Part shown: one piece after another, positions 16,908-23,917 of the stretch
Layout: the number at the start of each line of letters is the position of its first letter
Position numbering within the stretch: position 1 is the stretch's first letter
Origin: Nitrososphaerota archaeon
GTDB lineage: Archaea > Thermoproteota > Nitrososphaeria > Nitrososphaerales > Nitrosopumilaceae
DNA: 24,890 bases
Direction of reading: 5' to 3'
Assembly: GCA_022574415.1 (NCBI GenBank)
Contig: JACZSC010000008.1
Location: forward strand, 1-24,890
Notes under the pieces: generated by a model
Seen by the model: the letters and a program-made list of their open reading frames with translations, nothing else
The model's database searches: none
Told to the model about the DNA's origin: nothing
Position numbers and translations under genes: made by a program

Positions 16908-16960
16908 GATTACCCGTCACATTTTTCTTCGTGAGAGGGGGGGATTGCCTTTTTATCGAT
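16908..16960 (-). repeat. Casposon right terminal inverted repeat (TIR-A, right)
   Basis: Exact reverse complement of 8466-8518. Subterminal direct sub-repeats (C/T)ATAACGTG x2 lie at 16887-16908. Confidence 0.95.
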
Positions 16961-16961
16961 T

Positions 16962-17040
16962 ATCGATAAAAAGGGAAAGTCCCCCTCCCACGCACGAATT
17001 ACGCTTATGACTTGCGTTATGACGTGAGTTGGTTTGTTGG
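16962..17040 (+). repeat. Diverged casposon-type end (TIR-B) lying head-to-head with TIR-A right
   Basis: ATCGATAAAAAGGGAAAGTCCCCCTCCCACGCACGAATTACGCTTATGACTTGCGTTATGACGTGAGTTGGTTTGTTGG. It shares with TIR-A the ATCGATAAAAAGG terminus, a C-rich block, two CG(C)TTATGAC sub-repeats and a terminal ...TTTGTTGG (cf. CCAACAAA at 16879). Confidence 0.8.
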
Positions 17041-17051
17041 AAAGGTTAACA

Positions 17052-17066
17052 GCTCGTATCAAATGT
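17052..17066 (+). repeat. GTTCGTATCAAATGT-family motif copy (GCTCGTATCAAATGT)
   Basis: One mismatch. Preceded by GTTAACA, as the 8423 copy is preceded by GTTAACG. Confidence 0.8.
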
Positions 17067-17104
17067 TAATTAGAATAAAAAAGAGAAAGGATTTTAGGTT
17101 CTGA

Positions 17105-17572
17105 TTACGGAGCTGGTCTCATCGAAACATCTGCGTTTCCAAATCCGCCACCTGAAACCCAGAAGTTTTGTACTCCATTAAATGCATTACCGTCAATGTC
17201 CTTGGTGTTTATTGCTACAACGACTTTGTGTGTGGAACCATCACTAAATGCTGCTTCAAAAACCACAATGCCCATACCAGTACTGGTAGGACCGCCTGGT
17301 GGACAACACATGACGGTGATCAATTTGGTTGCGTGCCAATTACCTGAAGTACTTGTAGCAGCAAATGAACCTCCTGCTCCTATTTGGCCACCCTTTTTCC
17401 AAGCTCCTTGACCCGACATATCGATTCTTGGCGTGTCCCCATCCGAGAAACTAAAGGCTACAGCGCCTTTTGGAGTCGGAGAGGGAGCGTAAGCTTGTTG
17501 TGCCGAAAAGAGAAGCATGATGGCTATTCCAGCAATTATGGATGCTATTAGAATTGTTTTTGCCATGCCCAA
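17105..17572 (-). CDS. Small secreted/anchored Gly-rich protein (155 aa)
   Basis: N-terminal helix MGMAKTILIASIIAGIAIMLLF. Visibly more GC-rich than its neighbours. No motif recognised. Confidence 0.65.
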   Translation of the reverse strand: MGMAKTILIASIIAGIAIMLLFSAQQAYAPSPTPKGAVAFSFSDGDTPRIDMSGQGAWKKGGQIGAGGSFAATSTSGNWHATKLITVMCCPPGGPTSTGMGIVVFEAAFSDGSTHKVVVAINTKDIDGNAFNGVQNFWVSGGGFGNADVSMRPAP

Positions 17573-17684
17573 CCGATCACTTGATCCTGAGACTAATTAA
17601 TGATGATCTAATGTGATTCATTTCATAATTTCATTATAACGCTAGTCATGAGGCATAAACCGTTCATCAAATGTCTCATTTACA

Positions 17685-17699
17685 GTTCGTATCAAATGT
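17685..17699 (+). repeat. GTTCGTATCAAATGT motif copy, with degenerate copy CGTTCATCAAATGT at 17661-17674
   Basis: Exact consensus in tandem with a degenerate copy 24 nt upstream. Confidence 0.8.
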
Positions 17700-17819
17700 C
17701 AACAGAATTACCGAACTGTCTACTCTTTTAAGACCCACCCCATTTTTGGTTTTAATTTGGAACCTATCTAAGCAAATTTTATTCCGGGTCTAGAAAATTA
17801 TCAAACATTTCTTTTGTTC

Positions 17820-18431
17820 TTAGTATATAGTTCTACGGTCCAATCTGTCTTGTTCCATTATCTTTAAGATTTTTTCAAAAGCTTTTGTAGAAAATGAATA
17901 CATGTCAAGCAGAGTAAGATATCGTTCATCCCTTTTATGGTCTTTCATCCATTCATTTAATCGTTCAGTAGTATGCGTAGCAAGACTTCTAGTAGAAGTT
18001 ATTAATTTGTTATGTGTATGTAAAATCTTAGAATCAATTTCAAGTATCAAACGCTCTAGTGCTAATTTTTCTTGGAAAGCTTCTACTTTATCTAACTGTT
18101 CCCTTAGTCTAGAGCGTTGAATGTCTAATCTTTGAAGATGGATTAGAACTTCAGTTGTAGAATCAAAAGTATTTCCATTTACTATAATTTTTGAATACCA
18201 GTAATCAATATCGCCGTTAACAGTATTGCGATTAATTTTCATAAGTTCGGCAATCTTTCTTGCTGAATATCCATAGTCAAAATGAAGTCGGTAGACTTCT
18301 TTTCTTCTAGAATCTCTTTCATTTTTAGAATATGGACCACCTTTTTTGAGATTTGGTACAGTTTGAGATAGTTTTTCATTTTCGTCTAAAAAATCAGAAG
18401 TTACTTGAGGTAATTTACTCATGATTTCCAA
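17820..18431 (-). CDS. Putative HTH DNA-binding protein (203 aa)
   Basis: YGYSARKIAELMKINRNTVNGDIDYW is a helix-turn-helix-like segment, followed by a coiled-coil-like C-terminal half. Confidence 0.5.
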   Translation of the reverse strand: MEIMSKLPQVTSDFLDENEKLSQTVPNLKKGGPYSKNERDSRRKEVYRLHFDYGYSARKIAELMKINRNTVNGDIDYWYSKIIVNGNTFDSTTEVLIHLQRLDIQRSRLREQLDKVEAFQEKLALERLILEIDSKILHTHNKLITSTRSLATHTTERLNEWMKDHKRDERYLTLLDMYSFSTKAFEKILKIMEQDRLDRRTIY

Positions 18432-18702
18432 ACTCCTCGCACACCACCGATACTATACTTTTTTCACCAAGTTCTGGTTGCGTCATTCTTTTCAGTTCAT
18501 AAAGTGCAACAAAAAATTCTTCTTTTTTGTATTGTATCATTATTTGCGATCCTAAATTATCATATTTTTCAATTAGTTTGTCAAAATTCTGCAAAGATTT
18601 TAAATCATAACCATTACCATGATTAAAATGTCCTACAAATGATTGCAATGTTTCAAATGTTCTATTGTATTCACTGACAAGTTCATGAAGATTCATGCTC
18701 AT
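18415..18702 (-). CDS. Hypothetical protein (95 aa)
   Basis: Overlaps the downstream HTH gene by 17 nt, indicating operon coupling. No motif recognised. Confidence 0.5.
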   Translation of the reverse strand: MSMNLHELVSEYNRTFETLQSFVGHFNHGNGYDLKSLQNFDKLIEKYDNLGSQIMIQYKKEEFFVALYELKRMTQPELGEKSIVSVVCEEFGNHE

Positions 18703-18748
18703 TTTATGTATGTAAAGTATTAATACTAATCTACACTATAACTGCATA

Positions 18749-19738
18749 TTGTATTTTGTGACGACGTATCTAAGAATCGTTGATGAACTAAAAGCAGTTT
18801 ATTCAATCCCTCCTGATCCGCGCATCATAGAAAGAGAACTCAATAAAATACGATGGAGAGACGCTAAAACAAAGCATTTCCTTGCTATCCTTAAAGTACT
18901 ATCAGAAAAAGGCTCGTGTACCATCAAGGATATCGTTGATAATGATGGATTTTCAAGATCCTCAAATCGTGTAAAAGCTCGTCAAGATATGTATTCTAGG
19001 ATGATAAATGGTAAGTTATCACAGAAAATTCCTGGCCTAATTTCTCGCTTCCTAGTAGTTGAAGATGGAACTATCATGAAAAGCAAACCTACAACAAAGT
19101 ACAAGCTTTCTCTTTTTGGCATTCTTTATTCAATTCGTGTATTTTCAAACATCAATACAAGAATTGCTCCACAGGTAAAACATGAAGAAACTATAGAGAT
19201 AAAAGACAATAGTGGTTCTTCTAGTGAATCAGAGATTAAATCTATTCTGGATGTACTGGCTAAAAATTATGTAGAGACGTTACCATTAATTTTTGGAAAA
19301 TGGAATTTTTGGAAAAATAATTTTGGAAGTCTAGTTGATTATCTTGCGTCCATGTCTAGATTGAACAAGGATTCATTAGAAAATTTGATTACTGATCCGT
19401 TGTACAACGTTAGGCCATTTCATATGTATTATGGTATGCGTAAACAATCTGGTCGTGCAGATGAAGTAACAATGTGGTTCATAACAAAGATTGAAAACAG
19501 TATTTCGCATCCAAAAAAATTTAGAACTACGTTGAAAAAAGACACTGATATTTTTAGATGGTATTCTGAATTTATAGCAAAGTTACTAATGGTAAAGAAA
19601 GAGGAAATCTGGCGAATCAAGACAGTTGAGTACATGCTAAAGGGTGAATTTGAAAAGCTTGGAAGCGTATCAGAAAAACTATTAAAGTTTCAAGGACTCG
19701 ACATTACAGAAGATAAGGTTAGTACTCTTCTCTATTAA
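18749..19738 (+). CDS. Hypothetical protein (329 aa), possible N-terminal wHTH
   Basis: TTG start as given by the ORF track. HFLAILKVLSEKGSCTIKDIVDN is HTH-like. Otherwise unrecognised. Confidence 0.55.
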   Translation: MYFVTTYLRIVDELKAVYSIPPDPRIIERELNKIRWRDAKTKHFLAILKVLSEKGSCTIKDIVDNDGFSRSSNRVKARQDMYSRMINGKLSQKIPGLISRFLVVEDGTIMKSKPTTKYKLSLFGILYSIRVFSNINTRIAPQVKHEETIEIKDNSGSSSESEIKSILDVLAKNYVETLPLIFGKWNFWKNNFGSLVDYLASMSRLNKDSLENLITDPLYNVRPFHMYYGMRKQSGRADEVTMWFITKIENSISHPKKFRTTLKKDTDIFRWYSEFIAKLLMVKKEEIWRIKTVEYMLKGEFEKLGSVSEKLLKFQGLDITEDKVSTLLY

Positions 19739-19955
19739 AGAACTAATTCGCCAAAAAATAAATTATGAATATATGAAACTCATACTTATTTTAATTTAAA
19801 AAGACAGCGATCCGATCAGAACTATTTTGCGAGGTGAGTAACGCAAACAAAATAACTGTTTTAGAATTTAGTATACGATGCGTTTTATTATTTCAATTAT
19901 AATTTTCAAAAAATGGCATAGTTTGGCATAGTTATGATAACGAGGCAGTCGATTC

Positions 19956-20255
19956 CTATTTCGTAGTAATCGATTTTCCTTCTTCGGAAATGGCTTTTTT
20001 GATTAAGGAAGAACTATCTTTCATGATTTTGTTAAATTCTTGAATATCCTCAAGATCAGGAGTTTTTTTCTGATTTTGATATGTTTTCATAAATTCAGAA
20101 TAAACATTACCTACAATAATTCCAAAGGTAGTATCCGATACGGATTCAATTTCCGGAACAAAATCTTCTGCAATTTGCTTGTACGAGGACACCTCATCAG
20201 TATAGTACTGAATTAAATTTTCAATGAACTCTTTAGTTTCCTTTGAAATTGCCAT
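19956..20255 (-). CDS. Hypothetical acidic protein (99 aa)
   Basis: Clean ORF with no motif. Confidence 0.5.
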   Translation of the reverse strand: MAISKETKEFIENLIQYYTDEVSSYKQIAEDFVPEIESVSDTTFGIIVGNVYSEFMKTYQNQKKTPDLEDIQEFNKIMKDSSSLIKKAISEEGKSITTK

Positions 20256-20304
20256 CGTTCTACCTAAATGCGACTGGTTTATTTAATTACATTCCAAATT
20301 TTGT

Positions 20305-20766
20305 TTGACGATGTGGAAGCTTGAATTGGATGAAAATTATTTTCGAATTTTTGATTCTAAAAAACAAATTGCAGGTTATTTTGATCCTGATTATGGTGAA
20401 ATCAATCCTCCAGAAAAAGAAACCGAATTAATTGAACAGATGCACAAAAATCGAGAAAAAATAAACGGCGGCTTGCTAATGGTTCCAATGTTAAAGTTTG
20501 GAATATTTGATTCAGACTATGAATCTGATATTGCAGGTTTACAAAAGCAAATAGATTTGGTGAATGAGCGACTTTTTAAGTGGAAAGAATTCCTTTCTGA
20601 AACAAATAACCATGCCCATTCAATTAGAATCTCTCACACTGATCAAGATATGCTAAGTATTACAATACCTTTCAAATTTTCAAAACCTACTCCTTTAGAT
20701 AAAAATGAAATTCTAAATGAAATCGAACCTATCTTAAATTTAATGCACAAACGAGATTTGGTATAG
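20305..20766 (+). CDS. Hypothetical protein (153 aa)
   Basis: TTG start in the track (ATG two codons later). No motif. The 3' end overlaps the convergent gene by 38 nt. Confidence 0.45.
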   Translation: MTMWKLELDENYFRIFDSKKQIAGYFDPDYGEINPPEKETELIEQMHKNREKINGGLLMVPMLKFGIFDSDYESDIAGLQKQIDLVNERLFKWKEFLSETNNHAHSIRISHTDQDMLSITIPFKFSKPTPLDKNEILNEIEPILNLMHKRDLV

Positions 20767-21484
20767 ATCTGCTTGCATATCTTGTCAAGATTACGTATGT
20801 AGAAACAGAACCAGCTAATAATAACAAAGAACCAAAAGGAAATTCTGGAACTGGCGCAAATTCTTCCGATTCAGTCACTAGTGCATAATCAACTATCATG
20901 TTAGTTTGTGTTTTTTCTGTCACTGGAATTAAAAAGAAAACCTCATCATTTGATTTGAGATAATCAGGCTTGACCAATGATTTTGACACCGCAGCAACAT
21001 TTCCATCTTTATCATATAGTGTAGCAATAATTGCAATTGTATTTGCTGTAATATCGCCTCTATTTACAACGGTTCCAGTAATCACCAAGTTGTTAAAACT
21101 ATCTTGTGAAATCTTGGATGAAGTAATGTCCATCACTTGACTTTTAGGCGTTGTCACTTTGTAATCGATTTCAATGGAATAACTATCCACCAATTTTGCT
21201 TTTTGACCCAAAATTACTAGGTCAAAAGGGGCCTTCATGCCAGGCATTATTGTGTTAATCATGGAACTTGTAGTCATCGTATCAATTACCTCATTTTCAG
21301 AAAACAACGTCACATGAATAACAATCTGGTTTAGTGGCATATCAAAATAATTTAGAATTTCTCCAACAACATGTAATGCCCCATCACTGCCAAGATATTG
21401 CTGATCATTTTGGATTGAAACATCTGCCCATGCATTAGAAAAACCAAACAATATTGAGATAACCAAAAAAAGATATTTTTTCAA
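20729..21484 (-). CDS. Secreted protein with PEF/PEFG-CTERM-like archaeosortase sorting signal
   Basis: Signal peptide MKKYLFLVISILFGFSNAWA. The C-terminus PVPEFPFGSLLLLAGSVSTYVILTRYASRS has the motif, TM helix and basic tail. Confidence 0.75.
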   Translation of the reverse strand: MKKYLFLVISILFGFSNAWADVSIQNDQQYLGSDGALHVVGEILNYFDMPLNQIVIHVTLFSENEVIDTMTTSSMINTIMPGMKAPFDLVILGQKAKLVDSYSIEIDYKVTTPKSQVMDITSSKISQDSFNNLVITGTVVNRGDITANTIAIIATLYDKDGNVAAVSKSLVKPDYLKSNDEVFFLIPVTEKTQTNMIVDYALVTESEEFAPVPEFPFGSLLLLAGSVSTYVILTRYASRSIPNLVCALNLR

Positions 21485-21517
21485 TAATTAACTTTCTGTT
21501 TATTTTATTTAAAGAAG

Positions 21518-22012
21518 TTATGGGCTGATTCCTTGCTGTGCCGCTTTGTATTTTCCTAATGCTGCGATTTCATATTCAAAAGATTCCTGAAAAAGTGAGT
21601 CGGAATGAATCTTGAATGACTCATCACCAATCTCGATCCATTTTATGTACTGCATATTACTTTCAATTTGCGTTTCAGTTGATAATTTGAAAAGATCAAC
21701 CGATGCAATAAAGGACTCTGGGGATGTTAATTCATCATATTTTGGCAAAAGTGTTTCTAAATCTAGAATATTTTTTTGAGAAAATCCTAATAGCTGTTCT
21801 TTGGTCAAATCTCCTTCTTGCCACTGAACTGTCTTTGATTCAAAATCATTTTGTAATCTTTTCACTTCATCTTGAATCTGTTGTAGTTCATTCCCAAAAT
21901 TGAACCCTTTAATCTTTACCTGATCTGCAGAGTAATTGTAGGAAATGAAAGCAACTAAAATAACTGTTGCAATTACGGCTAACGTAATATTTTGCTTCTT
22001 TCTTTTTTTCAA
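21518..22012 (-). CDS. N-terminally anchored hypothetical protein (164 aa)
   Basis: MKKRKKQNITLAVIATVILVAFISY anchor helix. No other motif. Confidence 0.6.
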   Translation of the reverse strand: MKKRKKQNITLAVIATVILVAFISYNYSADQVKIKGFNFGNELQQIQDEVKRLQNDFESKTVQWQEGDLTKEQLLGFSQKNILDLETLLPKYDELTSPESFIASVDLFKLSTETQIESNMQYIKWIEIGDESFKIHSDSLFQESFEYEIAALGKYKAAQQGISP

Positions 22013-22065
22013 AACTAATCTATGATATTTGAATTTATATGTGATATTAACGCAAGGATAATAAT

Positions 22066-22109
22066 CTAAGAATTAAGAATTTTCAGGATTAATAGTTCGT
22101 ATCAAATGT
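22066..22109 (-). repeat. Composite repeat (AATCCTGAAAATTCTTAATTC motif + GTTCGTATCAAATGT motif), inverted partner of 23918-23960
   Basis: The reverse complement ACATTTGATACGAACTATTAATCCTGAAAATTCTTAATTCTTAG matches ACATTGATACGAATTGTTAATCCTGAAAATTCTTAATTCTTAT, with 1 indel and 3 mismatches. Confidence 0.85.
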
Positions 22110-22153
22110 AAAAGTGATAAAAAATAGATGAAACACTATACTATTGAAAAGCA

Positions 22154-22984
22154 TTGACATACCAACCATATGAGGGCAAAATTATTTATCAGAAAAACCT
22201 GACCGATGATCTTGCAATATTTAGACTTGAACTATCAGATAAGAGCAAAATATTAGATTTCAAGCCAGGTCAATTTGTACCGCTAGGAGTGAAAATAAAA
22301 GACAAGGTGGCGTACAGAGCTTACTCGATTTCATCACCTCCTGAAGAAAGAAGATATTATGAATTTTACATCAGATGGGCAACAAAGCCGGTTTTAGGTA
22401 AAATAACCAGCGCTCTTTTTACTTTGAAAAAAAATAAGCTTATCTTCTGGCGAAAACCTGCAGGAGTTTTTACCATCGAAGATAAAAAACCGAATGGAAC
22501 CACTGAGAGTAGGCAGATGATTCTCGTTTCTTCAGGAACAGGTATTGCCCCATTTATCAGCTACATACTACACTTGAGAAAAGTAGGTTCGAAAAGAAAG
22601 ATCGTTTTGCTTCATGGTGCCAAATATGTTGCAGAGTTAGGTTACAAAAATATGCTTGAAAGACTAGCATCTGAAACTAGAGACAATTGGGATTTCACCT
22701 ACATACCTACGGTTAGCCAGCTGGATCATCCCTCATCTACGGGGTGGACAGGAAATGTTGGACGAGTGGGTGACTTACTAATAGATATCGACAATCACAG
22801 GTCAGAACTAGAAAAAAAATTAGGAAAAAATGTCACTCCAAAAAATTCATTCTTTTACATTTGCGGATACAATAATACAATAAATAGAGTCATTTCATTT
22901 TTGACCCCACTAGGTTTTGTTTCCAATCGAAATAAAAGAAAAGACGGATCCTTTGACATAAAGTCTGAATCATACGGAGAGTAA
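22154..22984 (+). CDS. Ferredoxin-NADP+ reductase-type FAD/NAD(P)-binding oxidoreductase
   Basis: 276-aa ORF (TTG start in the track). FAD-binding RAYSISS (RxYS) motif, NAD(P)-binding VSSGTGIAPF motif and C-terminal FYICGY-type motif. Confidence 0.8.
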   Translation: MTYQPYEGKIIYQKNLTDDLAIFRLELSDKSKILDFKPGQFVPLGVKIKDKVAYRAYSISSPPEERRYYEFYIRWATKPVLGKITSALFTLKKNKLIFWRKPAGVFTIEDKKPNGTTESRQMILVSSGTGIAPFISYILHLRKVGSKRKIVLLHGAKYVAELGYKNMLERLASETRDNWDFTYIPTVSQLDHPSSTGWTGNVGRVGDLLIDIDNHRSELEKKLGKNVTPKNSFFYICGYNNTINRVISFLTPLGFVSNRNKRKDGSFDIKSESYGE

Positions 22985-23042
22985 TCTTCTAAATAATTAT
23001 CTTTGAAATTTGATTATTCAGACTAGAACAAATCTGTTGACA

Positions 23043-23084
23043 GTTCGTATCAAATGTAATTCAGGTCTAAACGAATTTATCGAT
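23043..23084 (+). repeat. Second copy of 42-bp flank 'X'
   Basis: 42/42 identical to 8423-8464. Confidence 0.95.
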
Positions 23085-23165
23085 AAAGAGTGAAAATAGA
23101 ACTTCCCTCTCCGACGCACAAATTCCTATTATAACTATCGTTATGACGTGAGTTTGTTTTGTTGG
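23079..23165 (+). repeat. Solo casposon-type end (TIR-B'), related to 16962-17040
   Basis: ATCGATAAAGAGTGAAAATAGAACTTCCCTCTCCGACGCACAAATTCCTATTATAACTATCGTTATGACGTGAGTTTGTTTTGTTGG aligns along its length with TIR-B (shared CGACGCAC/CCACGCAC, CGTTATGACGTGAGTT, TTTGTTGG). No partner end and no cas1/polB are nearby. Confidence 0.8.
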
Positions 23166-23483
23166 AGATTTGAAAAAAGAAAAACAACGATTAAACTAAA
23201 AAAATAGAGTAAAATGTCTATTCAATAGTATTTTAAAAGATACCAATTCTGTTGTAATACATTGCCAGAACATACTAAAGAATGTGAGTATAGAATCACT
23301 CATGACTTTAGGCATGATAACTGTTTTTGTGAATGTCATGACAAAGGGAAGTATCATGGAAGAATTACCAAAAATGTTAGAAAAAGCAATACCAATACTA
23401 CAAAAGCAAGCAAAGATTAGTTAGGCAACTTAATTTGTTTTTCTAAATCTCGTAATTTCCTTGATAAATTATCACAATTCCTC

Positions 23484-23527
23484 TAAGTTCTAAATTATCT
23501 TTTTGTAATCCTGAAAATTCTTAATTC
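23484..23527 (+). repeat. cas1-3'-end-like relic fused to AATCCTGAAAATTCTTAATTC motif
   Basis: TAAGTTCTAAATTATCTTTTTGT (cf. TTAGATTCTAAACTCTTTTTGT at 15771-15792) is followed directly by AATCCTGAAAATTCTTAATTC (23507-23527). Confidence 0.7.
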
Positions 23528-23623
23528 ATTTCTGAAATAAATGTCGAATTAGGTCATTTTGTTAGATTTCAGTGGGTATTGCCTTTTATTGAGAGTAAAA
23601 AGACAAAGCACTAGGAATAAGAT

Positions 23624-23773
23624 ATGAAGTACATGTGTAGAACCTGTAAAAAAAAATGTGATGATATTATAGAACATTTGATGACAGTACACAAATTTTC
23701 AAAAACAACTATAGAATCTCAACTCAAAGCAAACCCAAATAGTTTTAACCATGCCTTTGAAAAATTAGAATAA
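23624..23773 (+). CDS. Possible mini zinc-finger protein (49 aa)
   Basis: MKYMCRTCKKKCDDIIEHLMTVHKF... has CxxC...HxxxH spacing like a C2H2 finger. It is below the ORF-track size cut-off and was found by manual translation. Confidence 0.35.
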   Translation: MKYMCRTCKKKCDDIIEHLMTVHKFSKTTIESQLKANPNSFNHAFEKLE

Positions 23774-23788
23774 ACATTCAATACGAAC
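23774..23788 (-). repeat. GTTCGTATCAAATGT-family motif copy (GTTCGTATTGAATGT on minus strand)
   Basis: The plus strand reads ACATTCAATACGAAC. Confidence 0.7.
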
Positions 23789-23917
23789 TGTTACAGAGTC
23801 TTTTTTTCTTTGAAATGGCTATTTGAAACACGGAAGCTGATAGCGTGCTTTGAATAACGCAACACGTTTATTCATTTGCTTGACTAATGTACCTCATGTC
23901 TTGTTGGCTTCCGTCTA

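Larger units (their letters stand above)
8465..16960. mobile_element. Casposon-type self-synthesizing transposon (Cas1 + protein-primed PolB between TIRs), ~8.5 kb
   Basis: Perfect 53-bp TIRs at 8466-8518 and 16908-16960. Cas1 lies next to the right end and pPolB is central. Small DNA-binding genes are present and no other recombinase is visible. Candidate 7-bp duplication TATCGAT at 8458-8464 and 16961-16967. Exact termini are uncertain by a few nt because ATCGAT is palindromic. Confidence 0.9.

Noticed and set aside
8438-17044. Alternative element boundaries defined by the 22-bp imperfect direct repeats GTTAAC(G/A)G(T/C)TCGTATCAAATGT (8416-8437, 17045-17066) as att/TSD
   Set aside because: The sequences just inside these repeats are not inverted repeats of each other. 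The motif is also abundant across the island, so flanking by chance is likely. The 53-bp perfect TIRs give better-supported ends. The alternative remains open as a possible older composite insertion.
17196-17411. 71-aa plus-strand ORF
   Set aside because: It is antisense within the 155-aa secreted-protein gene.
17600-17606. ATGATGA resembling a C box of a C/D box sRNA
   Set aside because: No CTGA D box within the following ~90 nt and no terminal stem.
17902-18120. 72-aa plus-strand ORF
   Set aside because: It is antisense within the 203-aa HTH gene.
19429-19635. 68-aa minus-strand ORF
   Set aside because: It is antisense within the 329-aa gene.
19841-19862. Hairpin TTTGCG-N10-CGCAAA between convergent genes as a terminator
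   Set aside because: The stem is short and the loop large, with no clear T-tract. Archaeal termination does not require hairpins, so the evidence is insufficient.
23830-23914. 8-bp stem ACGGAAGC/GCTTCCGT enclosing 69 nt, possible structured ncRNA between two minus-orientation motif copies
   Set aside because: This is a single helix with no recognisable RNA family features and no covariation data. It cannot be supported from one sequence.
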